IMG/VR virus record: IMGVR_UViG_3300038345_000144
DNA: 64,000 bases
Source of the DNA: a virus
Taxonomy: Duplodnaviria; Caudoviricetes
Reading direction: 5' to 3' (one strand)
Part shown: positions 36,967-47,008 of the stretch, piece by piece
How the letters are laid out: each line of letters begins with the position of its first letter
Numbering within the stretch: position 1 is the stretch's first letter
Position numbers and translations under genes: made by a program
Notes under the pieces: model-generated
Told to the model about the DNA's origin: nothing
Database searches by the model: none
The model's input: the letters and a program-made list of their open reading frames with translations, nothing else

Positions 36967-39900
36967 TTATTTTTTGATTTTTCCATTTCCTGCCTGTTGA
37001 TTGTTTTGTGCAGGCGGTTTTGGTTGTTTGTTCTCATCATCGTTTCCTTTGATTTTTGAACTATCTGGTCTGTTGAGTTGAGTCTTTGGAGTCTCATTTT
37101 CAGGTGTAGTATTAGCCTTAATCTTATCAGCGTCTTCCGAAGAAGAGTGATGAGTAGCCTGATAATCAACCTTCTGTGTAATGTCTGCAACACGGGCATC
37201 AAAAGCCTTTTCATCAGGGTTAAGAGCACCGTTACCAGTCTCACTGCCTAATGCTTTAATCTTATCCTGTGCCGCTTTCTGCAAAGCAGTCAACTGCATA
37301 CCATATTCTTTCTGTCTACGCAAACCTTGTTCATAGTAATCGAGGTAGACTTGCTCAAATCTCTTATCTACACCGCCCTTACCGTTGCTGAACTCGTTTG
37401 CAATAGTACCATCTTCCTTAAACAATCTACGAGTCTTCTTCTCATAGTCTTGTTTCTCCTCATCAGTGAACTGAACACCTGCTCTTTGGGCATTGAAGTC
37501 TGCGTCAGTATTTGCTCTCTGCTGATTTCTATTTCTCTGCATTTGCTTGAAGTTAGTAAGCCAATAAATAGGCTCAAGGGTAGATGGGAATATCTGTGCG
37601 GCTCCGACTCTTAAGTGCCTCCACCATCTTAAAACGGCAAATAAGAACCAGAACAGGAATATTACCATTACTAATCCAAAGAGTCCCTCTAATTCACAAG
37701 TTAATATGAAAATAATACCTGTGAGGACACCCATACAAATAATTGCAAAGAGAGGAGCAAATGTCTCAATGAGAATATCTGCCCACTTTTTCTTCTCAAC
37801 CTTATTGATAATGGCACGGAAGAAGAACAAATAAAGCATCCACCAGAACCATACGAAAGTTAAGAATTTAATGACGGAAATGAAACAATACAAGCAACAA
37901 AGCAATAATTTAGTGAGCAAGTCTAAAATACCGCCCTGAAATTCTCCGTTATAGTTTTCATTTGTAGCAGTTGTAAGTTTTACCTTTGTACTGTCTACTG
38001 TTGAAATAGTAACTCTTGGAGCCATAAAGTGGTCAACTACACGATAAGCGTTGTTATTGATAGTAGAACCATTGACATTTTCTCCTGAAGCAGTCAATAC
38101 GCTGTGTGATACAGAGTCCGAGTCACCATAGTAGGAGAACGAGTCGGCAAGCATAATTGAATATTGCTTGACATTGTTTGAACCAATTTTAGGATAGTTC
38201 ACTCCAACTAACTCTGGGAGATTAGATGAAGTGTTAATCTGCTGTTGGTCAGCCTTAATGCCGTAACCTGTGTTGTACTTTGACCAAGTATCAAGATATG
38301 GGATATAGTAAGTAACTGAATAATCTGCCTCATCTCCAAAGAGATATGCTAAATCAGGGTCACTTCCTACGGTTGCCATTTCACCAATATTGATTATTCT
38401 GGACTCCGCATATTTGAACTTTTGCCAAGCATTAGCAGGGTCACTGGCTACATAAGTCATAAGACCTAATTCGAATACAAGTAATAAGAACGCTCCAATT
38501 ACTCGTACACCGCCTTTTGAACCATTCTTCCAAATGATAATAACGGTTTTTATGATAAAATATGCGGCGAGTAGTCCCATAACTATCGTTATCCACACAT
38601 CTTCCCATAAGTTAGCAGGAGATAATCCCCAACTGTCCCAAACATCGAAATCACACAATTGCTGTAAGAATACAGAAACTTCCGTGATTTTACCTGCTAA
38701 TTTGATAATAGTAGGCTGAATATGGAAATAAATCATTATATCTCCACCGACATTCAGGTTGCCAACAAAGTTACCGAGCATATGGCTATACCACAAATCA
38801 ACTCTTGGGTCAGAAACCGCATAGTTTTGAGCATCATTCTGAAGAAGAGTTCTTGTGTCATAAGGCATTACTCTTGGGTCGTCTTTCTGGACAGTATTAA
38901 GCGGTGCTGTGTTACCTTCTGCTTTAGCGGTAGCACACATAATCTTAATCATATTAGCAACAACTTGATTGTAATATGGACCTGCATACGACTGTATTTT
39001 CTTAATAACCTTATAGGTATCTTCTATTGACAGAGATTGTCCTGCCTTTGAACCACCACTCAAGTATGGCTCTGTAATACGATATAGACCACTATACGCA
39101 TACAAACTTGCTACTGTAATGGTAGTTCGACCACCACCATAGGCTTCAGACCAACATTCATTGTCTTCACCCTGATTGGTAATCATACATTGACGATATA
39201 CAACAACACTCATTTCACCATCGGAGGCATCATCTGTACCTCTGTTGAACATAGTGATGAAGTTCTCATAATCAGTCATTGTCTGCTGTGAAGCCTCATA
39301 GTGCTTCAAAACCTCAACCTGTGAACCCGTAAGGAAGTCATTTGTGCCGTCTGAACCAGTATCTCTGGTATTAGGACCAGCCAAATTTCTAATGTGAAGG
39401 TTTACAGTAGGGTTGCTAACCAAACCTGTAATGAGTGTATTGTAGAGAAGTTTACAATCGGGATAACCCTCAATCCAAACCTCCAAATCATAAGGATTTG
39501 TCATTGTGGCTTTAGGGTCAACTGGTACAGGAAGATTGTCATTAGGAGTGTCCATAGTGTGTGCCGACTCCCAAGAACCTGAATACTGAATAGTCTTCGG
39601 ATAACCATTATGACTACACCAATCTGCCTCTGTCGGATAATCCGTTGTGTTTCTGTGGTTCATCTTATACCAGTCAGAATACTCATAATAAGGATTACCA
39701 TTACCTTTAATAGATAAACGATAGTTATTATAAGTAGTTAAGTTGGTATTATAAGTATCACAGGCACTATTGTATGCCGCCAAAGCATCGGAAAATTTCA
39801 TTTCTGATGTGTTTCCTGTCGGGTCTGTCCAACTACAATACAATAATGGATAGATTTTGTTGCTTTCCATATCGGAGGTTAAACCACCGTCATTAAGGGC

Positions 39901-41133
39901 AACTAAACTATCATAGAGTTTTTGCTGTTGTTCCTTACCAGCAACATTATCCATCTGTTGACCTAACGGGCTGGACGGGAGGGTAATACTCGCATAACCA
40001 GTATATCCTGCCGTATTTCCCCACGCCAAGTTAGCCATATAGAAGATTTTTCTATTATCTTCAGACTCTTGGAGCCAAGTAGATACATCGTCGATATAAA
40101 GTTGGTCATTTACCAAGAAAAGGTAAAAACCAGGCGTAGAAATCAAACCAAAGAAGAAATCTTGGTCTTCAAAGCCACTAAAATCATTGATATGAACTCC
40201 TGCCGAAGAGTGAGTAAATCCATAATAAACTGGGTCAAAAGTGGAAGTTGTATAGTTAGTTCCAAAAGTATTCATATTACGCTCGTAAAGCGAATACAAA
40301 TCATATTCTTTCTTATGCTGTTGACAATACTCACTCGCCGCATCGTTAGCGTCCTGCGTAACTGTCTTGGTGAGCAAGTCATTTACATCGGTAAAGTAAG
40401 TTTCACCATCTACGCTATCTTCGGCTATCTGTTTAACGAAGTAAGGTAGATAGTAACTGTGGAAGAAGTTAACAACATATTCAGAACTATCTGTGTAAGT
40501 GTGATTTAAGTAAGTAAGAGTATTAAAGTTATCGGCATCTGGGGCTTTTAAGAATGAAGCACCAAACAAAGCCTTAATACTTCTCCATAAGAATTTCCAG
40601 AAACCTTGTTCTGGGGAAGGGATAATACCAGCCAAAGACATAGTTTCTTTAGGATATTCTCCCATATAAGTATAACTTGGAATATTAAAGCCATACTTTG
40701 TAATAGCGTTTTCTTGAAGTGTTGCACCATTATCACCTGAACCAACATCTACAAGCCACTGTGTTTGGTTAATATCATAGGTTGAGTCGGTATAACCATC
40801 GGGAACAAACTCTACAACCTGATTTTTAACCAACTGCTGAAGGTTAGGGGTGTTGAAATAACACTTATAAGTACCATCACTACACTTTTTGATTACGGTA
40901 AAGGTATGGAATGACCAAATCCACTGATATAAGTCACCAACATCGGAAATACCGAAATCAAAGAGACTGTTGACATTTTCGCCCTCAATTATGTAGTAGG
41001 TAGCACCATTATCTTCATCGCTGTCGTTTTTCTTATAGTCATCAGCGTGAACTGTTAACATTGAAAAAGGAGATACGATGATTATAAGTGACATCAGCAC
41101 TACGACAACCTGTTTTAGCCAATTCTTAAACAT
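36967..41133 (-). CDS. Large VirB6/TcpH-like membrane protein with big extracellular N-domain
   Basis: Signal peptide, DPRVDL and YRVVD shared with 34144-36942, TM clusters, charged tail. Confidence 0.6.
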   Translation of the reverse strand: MFKNWLKQVVVVLMSLIIIVSPFSMLTVHADDYKKNDSDEDNGATYYIIEGENVNSLFDFGISDVGDLYQWIWSFHTFTVIKKCSDGTYKCYFNTPNLQQLVKNQVVEFVPDGYTDSTYDINQTQWLVDVGSGDNGATLQENAITKYGFNIPSYTYMGEYPKETMSLAGIIPSPEQGFWKFLWRSIKALFGASFLKAPDADNFNTLTYLNHTYTDSSEYVVNFFHSYYLPYFVKQIAEDSVDGETYFTDVNDLLTKTVTQDANDAASEYCQQHKKEYDLYSLYERNMNTFGTNYTTSTFDPVYYGFTHSSAGVHINDFSGFEDQDFFFGLISTPGFYLFLVNDQLYIDDVSTWLQESEDNRKIFYMANLAWGNTAGYTGYASITLPSSPLGQQMDNVAGKEQQQKLYDSLVALNDGGLTSDMESNKIYPLLYCSWTDPTGNTSEMKFSDALAAYNSACDTYNTNLTTYNNYRLSIKGNGNPYYEYSDWYKMNHRNTTDYPTEADWCSHNGYPKTIQYSGSWESAHTMDTPNDNLPVPVDPKATMTNPYDLEVWIEGYPDCKLLYNTLITGLVSNPTVNLHIRNLAGPNTRDTGSDGTNDFLTGSQVEVLKHYEASQQTMTDYENFITMFNRGTDDASDGEMSVVVYRQCMITNQGEDNECWSEAYGGGRTTITVASLYAYSGLYRITEPYLSGGSKAGQSLSIEDTYKVIKKIQSYAGPYYNQVVANMIKIMCATAKAEGNTAPLNTVQKDDPRVMPYDTRTLLQNDAQNYAVSDPRVDLWYSHMLGNFVGNLNVGGDIMIYFHIQPTIIKLAGKITEVSVFLQQLCDFDVWDSWGLSPANLWEDVWITIVMGLLAAYFIIKTVIIIWKNGSKGGVRVIGAFLLLVFELGLMTYVASDPANAWQKFKYAESRIINIGEMATVGSDPDLAYLFGDEADYSVTYYIPYLDTWSKYNTGYGIKADQQQINTSSNLPELVGVNYPKIGSNNVKQYSIMLADSFSYYGDSDSVSHSVLTASGENVNGSTINNNAYRVVDHFMAPRVTISTVDSTKVKLTTATNENYNGEFQGGILDLLTKLLLCCLYCFISVIKFLTFVWFWWMLYLFFFRAIINKVEKKKWADILIETFAPLFAIICMGVLTGIIFILTCELEGLFGLVMVIFLFWFLFAVLRWWRHLRVGAAQIFPSTLEPIYWLTNFKQMQRNRNQQRANTDADFNAQRAGVQFTDEEKQDYEKKTRRLFKEDGTIANEFSNGKGGVDKRFEQVYLDYYEQGLRRQKEYGMQLTALQKAAQDKIKALGSETGNGALNPDEKAFDARVADITQKVDYQATHHSSSEDADKIKANTTPENETPKTQLNRPDSSKIKGNDDENKQPKPPAQNNQQAGNGKIKK

Positions 41134-41160
41134 AGTGTCTCCTTTCTATTGAATTGTTAA

Positions 41161-41565
41161 TTAGGTGTGGGCTTCAATAACATCCTCCTCGGAATAGCCA
41201 TTAGTAGAAGTCCAGTCGTGTTTCCAACCGTGATAGTCAATGTCTTTCACCGTGAAACCTAACGATTTTAGCATTTTAACAACCGTTGCTTTTCTACGGT
41301 GTTCCTTGTAGTAAACATACTTAACAGCGTTACCAGTCCAGAAGTTGACGCACCAACTCATCAATTGGACCAACGACTCCTTATCCGTCATATAGATATA
41401 ATCTACTACGACGATAGTGTTGTTGTTTACCTCCATAAGTCTAAAGGCGATAAATGACTCGCCTCTATACGGGATATAACCCTTCAGATTGACATTTTTA
41501 TGGTAATTTATACCATTTTCGGCGTTGATGTGCTTCTGAAGGTCAACCTTTTTTAGTTCATCCAT
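41161..41565 (-). CDS. Hypothetical protein (possible GNAT-like fold)
   Basis: 134 aa; beta-strand pattern ending MLKSLGF. Confidence 0.55.
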   Translation of the reverse strand: MDELKKVDLQKHINAENGINYHKNVNLKGYIPYRGESFIAFRLMEVNNNTIVVVDYIYMTDKESLVQLMSWCVNFWTGNAVKYVYYKEHRRKATVVKMLKSLGFTVKDIDYHGWKHDWTSTNGYSEEDVIEAHT

Positions 41566-41577
41566 TTAATTTTCCTC

Positions 41578-42015
41578 CTAAATTTCAATCAAGTTATCCA
41601 TATCTAACCTATCCCAGTTTTCTTCAATGACATCTAAAAAGTCACCGTAGATGTGGTCAAAGTTAAGTAATGAAGTGTACTCGAATATATTTATTGTAGT
41701 TAAAACCTTAATGATTTCCTTATACTCCTCCACGGTAAAAATGTCTGTAAAAAATCTCTGCTGACAATTGTAGAATGTCTCGGCAGAGATATAAATGAAG
41801 GAGTCTAAATCATCGTCTGTGTCTGTATATAGTATAAAACAGTCTTGCCTTTTAATCTTGGTGCGAAGACCTAATTTATACCTCCTTTTATGGGTTATTG
41901 CCCCGTCGCTGTAAGTAATGGGGAATTCCTCACTAACCTTACATCTATCGAGGCAATAATAATCAAATTCCTGATGTTCTTTAGTCACTTTACAAATTCT
42001 CCTTTGCTTTTTCAA
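41578..42015 (-). CDS. Hypothetical protein
   Basis: 145 aa, TTG start overlapping end of Mre11 gene. Confidence 0.6.
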   Translation of the reverse strand: MKKQRRICKVTKEHQEFDYYCLDRCKVSEEFPITYSDGAITHKRRYKLGLRTKIKRQDCFILYTDTDDDLDSFIYISAETFYNCQQRFFTDIFTVEEYKEIIKVLTTINIFEYTSLLNFDHIYGDFLDVIEENWDRLDMDNLIEI

Positions 42016-43024
42016 AGTGTTCAGTGCTATCAGGATAGTTTTGTCGAACCCACGGAATTAAAGGTGGCATTAGGGTCTTCTTTTCTACGACCTTTTCGGC
42101 ATTATCTCCCGTATCTTCGTGCTGAACAGGCTCAATTACAAGATTTACTGCCTTGTTCTTTGCCTGAATAAACAAATCATTGTTTATTACTTCAGGATTA
42201 CCGTCAAATACGATGTGATAAATGTCTTCTGTAACATCAGTAAGAACCTTATTGATATTCTTCTCGTTACAGTTCTTTTTGACTATATGAGGGGATTTAA
42301 CCAAAACCCTCCTATAATCAAGGGTATCTGTATCTAAAAATACGGGACCAGTTCTATCTTCATAGGCTTGATAGTCAATGGTCGCACCTGGCGAGATTAC
42401 AAGGGTTTTGCCCTCCCAATACTCAAAAGGTGTATGGATATGTCCAATTACCACTACATCAAACAATTGTATAAAGTCGTCTGATAACCTAATCGGGTCA
42501 TCTACAAAGTGTTCTCTGAAGTACCTGTCCGTAACACCGTGCGTAATAAGTATCTTCTTTGGACAATTTGTGGTCTTAACCAACTCTCTACAATTAGCGA
42601 TGTATGTTTGGATATTATCCACCGTATCATAGATATACGGCATCAAGATAAAGGCAACATCATCTATTTCTACTAATTTTAACTCATAATCGGAAAAATA
42701 GGTATGGGGTGCAATACCAACAGCACTACATTTATTCCTTCTATTAGCAAAAGCAAAGTCGTGATTACCCGTAATATCAATGGTAATGAAGTCTTTAAGG
42801 CTCTGCTGTGCCTGAATATAGTGCGTTAACGGTATTGCGGTAGGATTGGCGGTTTCAAACTGGTCGCCAGCACAAATAATGACCTTCGGCTTTTCTTTCT
42901 TGAAAACCTTGACATATTCACGCATTACCCTATATCCGATTTGCTCATACTTATTGTAACCAGTTTCATCAGTACGATACATACGCTTTCCGTTATGCAA
43001 ATCACTCCATAGTCCAATTAACAT
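41990..43024 (-). CDS. sbcD: Mre11/SbcD-like metallophosphoesterase nuclease
   Basis: SDLH, AGDQFE, GNHD, THG, GHIH, PG motifs. Confidence 0.88.
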   Translation of the reverse strand: MLIGLWSDLHNGKRMYRTDETGYNKYEQIGYRVMREYVKVFKKEKPKVIICAGDQFETANPTAIPLTHYIQAQQSLKDFITIDITGNHDFAFANRRNKCSAVGIAPHTYFSDYELKLVEIDDVAFILMPYIYDTVDNIQTYIANCRELVKTTNCPKKILITHGVTDRYFREHFVDDPIRLSDDFIQLFDVVVIGHIHTPFEYWEGKTLVISPGATIDYQAYEDRTGPVFLDTDTLDYRRVLVKSPHIVKKNCNEKNINKVLTDVTEDIYHIVFDGNPEVINNDLFIQAKNKAVNLVIEPVQHEDTGDNAEKVVEKKTLMPPLIPWVRQNYPDSTEHFEKAKENL

Positions 43025-43051
43025 ATTTTTGTGAATATTTCCTTTCGATTA

Positions 43052-43068
43052 TTATATATAAATAGTCC
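43052..43068 (-). promoter_or_regulatory. Element-specific motif copy 6
   Basis: GGACTATTTATATATAA, 28 nt upstream of Mre11 ATG. Confidence 0.7.
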
Positions 43069-43104
43069 TTTATCTTATCGTTTATCTTATCATTTATCTT
43101 ATCA
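43069..43104. repeat. Three tandem 12-mers TTTATCTTATCR
   Basis: 43069-80, 43081-92, 43093-104, abutting motif copy 6. Confidence 0.9.
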
Positions 43105-43869
43105 GCGAGCCTCAAATACGAGTGCAACCTCACAAGAGGCGATAGTATAGTCTTTGAACAGGTCTTCAACCAACTCAACTGATATGATTTTAGGTGGTTC
43201 ATAAGGAGCCTCTTCAGTAAAGCCCCTACCACGACTCTCGGATAACATCATCTTTGGCATAGCGTCCAACTGGGGATTAACTCTACCTAAATATGTGTGA
43301 TTATAGTGTGTTTCATAAGGAATATTGCTTTCCTTTGAGGTATTGTAGGTATAACTACTGATTTCCCTCAATTCAAGTTCCTTATCCTTGAGAATTTCAA
43401 TCTGGCTAATCTTTCTCTTGGTCTGTTCAACACAAGTATTGACCGCCTCACTAAAGGTTTCATCATAAGCGTCCTTGATTTCACTTGATAAAGGATTGAT
43501 TTGATAACGAACATCCATATCCTTATCAGCAACCATATTAAGAATTGCTACAAGGTCATTTGCTACCACATCAGTCTTATCAAGATAAGCATTGAACTCA
43601 ACGCTTCCGTTATAGCCCAAAACCTTTTCCTTCATATTGTGCTTATAGTCAACTTCCTTATGAGTATAAAGTCTTTCCTGCTTAAATGAGTCAGGTCTGT
43701 ATGACTCTAATCCCGTAATGAAAGTCTTTGCATTGTCAAGTTTCTGGTTGATTTGCTTTACAACCTCTTCAACCGTTCTTGCTCTTTCTCTGATTGTAAA
43801 GCACAAAGATACCTCTTTCGGAGCAATTTTCTTTGTTACTTTACAGTTGAACTTCATCAGTGTACTCAT
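43102..43869 (-). CDS. SIMPL/DUF541-like protein, no signal peptide
   Basis: APKEVSLCFTI, GYNGS, EAV...K..I, final V.LVFE strand. Confidence 0.5.
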   Translation of the reverse strand: MSTLMKFNCKVTKKIAPKEVSLCFTIRERARTVEEVVKQINQKLDNAKTFITGLESYRPDSFKQERLYTHKEVDYKHNMKEKVLGYNGSVEFNAYLDKTDVVANDLVAILNMVADKDMDVRYQINPLSSEIKDAYDETFSEAVNTCVEQTKRKISQIEILKDKELELREISSYTYNTSKESNIPYETHYNHTYLGRVNPQLDAMPKMMLSESRGRGFTEEAPYEPPKIISVELVEDLFKDYTIASCEVALVFEAR

Positions 43870-43887
43870 ATAAAATATATTCCTTTC

Positions 43888-45522
43888 TTAAAGCAATCTC
43901 TCATCGTGTGATACAACTATCCACTGGTTCTTGTCCTTCTGCATAATCTCCTTAACAGCCATAAGGTTGTTAGAGTCAAGGTTAGCAAAGGACTCGTCCA
44001 TTACAAGCGGTAAATTAGGCATAAACATATCTCTGATAGTCAAAATCAATGAAAATGCTACAATTCCACGCTCGCCCTGTGATAGTGTGGCTACGGGCAA
44101 AGTCTTCTTGACCGTATAATCCTTATCGTATAACTCTGCCTTATAGATACCGTCATCAATAAACAACCTTACATAACGGTTATTGATTTCAGAAAGTAAC
44201 TTTGATGCACCAGCAACAATCTGCTCTGCATAGAAAGCCTTACACTGTGAGATATACTCATCGGCAATAGCAATACACTCTTTATCAATATCATATGCCT
44301 TACGAGCCTGCAATAACTCTGAAATCTTGGCGAAATCTTTATTGAGACCCTCAAGTTCTGACTTCTTTTTATCAAATTTAGCAAATAACTCGTTTGTATG
44401 GGCATTATAAGTGCTTAAAATACTCTCAAAATCGACATCTTTTGAATATTCTACTGGAGCCATCAACTTAATAATGTGCCAGTATTTTACAGATGACGCA
44501 AATTCAGAGAACGAATATGCTGATTTATCGGCTAAAATCTTCTCCAAATTCAATATTTTTGCATTATCAATGGTATCATAGTCGATTTTAGGCTCTACAA
44601 AGTCGGGTTTTCCGCATAAAGCACACTTACATTCAGCCTTACTTTCCTTAATAAGTGAAGCAATCGTTGACTTCGGATATTTAGAAAGCGGGCTTGCAGT
44701 AGTCTTTTTCTTCTCTTCTTCGAGTTCCTTCTCGACATTAGCAAAGTAGTTATTCCACTCTTCTTCAGTCTTACCATAGGTTCTTAACCTCAAGCAAGTT
44801 TCTCTGTCATAAGGGGGAGTAACACCTTCAACCTTTGCCTGTAAATCTTGATAAACAGCAAAGTCCTCTTTTGCCTTCTTTGCCTTAATGAAGTCATTAT
44901 CAGCAACGAAAGTCTTTGACCTAATCTGCTTATCAAGTTCTGCAACCTCGTCGGTTAAAGCGTCTACATCTGCCTGTGTAACCTCTTGGTTCTTAATCTG
45001 GCTCTCTAATGTAGACTTGTGCTTCTGATTATATGATTTATCAGAAACGAAATACTGTCTTACGGCATTGACCTCATCAAACTCTCTCTCAAGAATTTCA
45101 AAGAGATAGTTTGTGTTCAAGACAGTAGACTTATATAACGGCTCACAACCCCAAAGGCTCGTAAGCACGGACTCGGATATAATCCTATTCAAAATCTCCT
45201 TACTTTCATTTCTGGTTCTGGAGATAAGTTCTTCATCTTTATATAACTTATAACTTGATGTCTTACCTACTTCTCTTTCTATGATATAGGTAGAGGCATT
45301 GTGAGTAAACTTCAATACAATCTTGGTAGGCTTGGTAATATCTACTAAACTTTCAAAATTGAGATTTGCTGGTCTTTTATCAAATAAGCAAAGAATAATC
45401 GCTTCAATAAGACTTGTCTTTCCCTCACCATTTTTCCAGTTAATAATGTTCAACCTTTCGAAATCCACTTTCTTGTGGTCAAAACATTTCCAGTTAATCA
45501 TACTAATACTATTTAGTATCAT
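43888..45522 (-). CDS. sbcC: Rad50/SbcC-like ABC ATPase (short coiled coil)
   Basis: NWKNGEGKTS, Zn hook CALCG, LSQGE, MDESFANLD, VSHD. Confidence 0.88.
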   Translation of the reverse strand: MILNSISMINWKCFDHKKVDFERLNIINWKNGEGKTSLIEAIILCLFDKRPANLNFESLVDITKPTKIVLKFTHNASTYIIEREVGKTSSYKLYKDEELISRTRNESKEILNRIISESVLTSLWGCEPLYKSTVLNTNYLFEILEREFDEVNAVRQYFVSDKSYNQKHKSTLESQIKNQEVTQADVDALTDEVAELDKQIRSKTFVADNDFIKAKKAKEDFAVYQDLQAKVEGVTPPYDRETCLRLRTYGKTEEEWNNYFANVEKELEEEKKKTTASPLSKYPKSTIASLIKESKAECKCALCGKPDFVEPKIDYDTIDNAKILNLEKILADKSAYSFSEFASSVKYWHIIKLMAPVEYSKDVDFESILSTYNAHTNELFAKFDKKKSELEGLNKDFAKISELLQARKAYDIDKECIAIADEYISQCKAFYAEQIVAGASKLLSEINNRYVRLFIDDGIYKAELYDKDYTVKKTLPVATLSQGERGIVAFSLILTIRDMFMPNLPLVMDESFANLDSNNLMAVKEIMQKDKNQWIVVSHDERLL

Positions 45523-45553
45523 CGAGTTCCTCCGACAATTTTTCCATTAAACT

Positions 45554-45583
45554 ATTATAGCACAAAATACAATGTCTTGTAAA
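45554..45583 (-). promoter_or_regulatory. sigmaA-type promoter for Rad50
   Basis: TTTACA-N18-TATAAT with extended TGn. Confidence 0.65.
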
Positions 45584-45904
45584 TTACTTCTTCGGAAGTA
45601 CAATCTTGGTTTCTTTAGTAATATTAGCGTCCTTAAATGAAGTCAAAACAAGGGACGCATTAGTAAAGTCGGCACTATCGAGATTAGCATTGTCAAAATT
45701 ACAAGCGTCTAATGTAGTACCAATAAACTTGGCTCCTTCGAGATTAGCCCCCGTAAAAATTGCACCCATAAGATTGTAGTTAGAGAAGTCATAACCTCTC
45801 AAATCCTGATTAGTGAAATCTGCACGAAGTCTATCAAAAGGCTGGTCTAAATCATCAGTTAACCAATTCTGGTGTAAACGAATAATCTCGTCTAAATTCA
45901 TCAT
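45584..45904 (-). CDS. Pentapeptide-repeat protein
   Basis: H..WL then A(D/N)(F/L)xx repeats; start moved to ATG after AAAGGA RBS. Confidence 0.85.
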   Translation of the reverse strand: MMNLDEIIRLHQNWLTDDLDQPFDRLRADFTNQDLRGYDFSNYNLMGAIFTGANLEGAKFIGTTLDACNFDNANLDSADFTNASLVLTSFKDANITKETKIVLPKK

Positions 45905-45994
45905 AAGCAATAAATTCCTTTCAATAAACGAAAAAAGAGTAATTCTGTAAAACAAGCAGAAAAACTCTTACTACTCATTTACATAATTTACTTT

Positions 45995-46035
45995 ATTAAA
46001 TAACCCCCACCTATGAGCCGAACATAAGTGGGGGG
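45995..46035 (-). terminator. Intrinsic terminator after SSB
   Basis: CCCCCAC...GTGGGGG hairpin plus T-rich tail. Confidence 0.65.
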
Positions 46036-46060
46036 AAAATTAGTCAAACTTCTTTAGTTA

Positions 46061-46498
46061 TCAGAACAAGTCGCCAAACTCGTCATCAACTGAAGCCTCT
46101 GCGGGCTTTGTTGCAGGCTTTGACTTCTTTGCAGGTGCTTCATCAGTACCCTCTTCAGCAGTCTCACCAGCAGTAGCCTTACCACCAGGGAAGTAGGCTT
46201 CATCAATGACTACCTGATAACCGTAGACCATTGAGCCGTCTGCTTTCTTGTAGTTGTTCTGGACAACCTCACCGACAATAACGATTGTGTCGTCCTTTGC
46301 AAAATTGTTAGCGATGAACTTTGCAGTTCCTTCTCTGAAGCAAATCATATCAAAGAAGTCATTAACCTTCTTTGTCTCGCCAGTAGGGATGAAGTTCTTT
46401 CTAACCGCACCCTTAAACTTAACGGTCTTGCCCTCTTCGCCAACAGTCTTAATCTCATCTGTAATTCTTGCAGTACATACAAACTTTTGCATAAACAA
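46061..46498 (-). CDS. ssb: Single-stranded DNA-binding protein
   Basis: OB-fold pattern (DFFD..F...A.FI...F.K...I.I.G....Y...DG), acidic tail DDEFGDLF; ATG at 46492 is the likelier start. Confidence 0.85.
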   Translation of the reverse strand: MFMQKFVCTARITDEIKTVGEEGKTVKFKGAVRKNFIPTGETKKVNDFFDMICFREGTAKFIANNFAKDDTIVIVGEVVQNNYKKADGSMVYGYQVVIDEAYFPGGKATAGETAEEGTDEAPAKKSKPATKPAEASVDDEFGDLF

Positions 46499-46579
46499 TA
46501 CTCCTTTAGTTAGTAAAAAAATAAATAGTTATATAATATCAGTCTCGGCTCAACTGTTATTACCGAAATTAGAAGAGGC

Positions 46580-46873
46580 TTACTCTTCTGGCTTTTCCTC
46601 TTCCTTGATTTCTCCGAAAAGGTTAAGTCTGAAAAGCATAGCCATATCATCAGGGTCCTTACAGTACAACTTTGCGTGTGTCAACTGTCCACCTCTGATA
46701 AGTGCAAACATACCTGCCATCTGTGACAACTTTGACTTAAGATTAAATCTATTATCCTCATCATCGTACAGAATTACTGCACCCTTACAATTGTCGATTG
46801 CCTTAATCAACTTGTCGAAATCCACATCATAAATCTCGAAAAACTTGGGATTTCCGTTACCAAAATTCTCCAT
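46580..46873 (-). CDS. Small HPr-fold-like protein
   Basis: CKG.V.L......FNLKS.LS pattern of clostridial HPr-like proteins; no His15 equivalent. Confidence 0.55.
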   Translation of the reverse strand: MENFGNGNPKFFEIYDVDFDKLIKAIDNCKGAVILYDDEDNRFNLKSKLSQMAGMFALIRGGQLTHAKLYCKDPDDMAMLFRLNLFGEIKEEEKPEE

Positions 46874-46908
46874 TTTTATTACCTTCTTTCTCTTTTTATA
46901 CCTTTAAT

Positions 46909-46937
46909 AGTATATCACATTTTTGCAAAATAGTAAA
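46909..46937 (-). promoter_or_regulatory. sigmaA-type promoter
   Basis: TTTACT-N17-(TGa)TATACT. Confidence 0.55.
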
Positions 46938-46949
46938 GTTCGTACAATA

Positions 46950-46983
46950 ATATTCCCTCTCCACTATCGCTAATGGAGAGGGA
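46950..46983 (-). terminator. Terminator after histone-like gene
   Basis: TCCCTCTCCA...TGGAGAGGGA hairpin. Confidence 0.7.
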
Positions 46984-47008
46984 TAAGTTATGACAAACTA
47001 ATCAGCGA

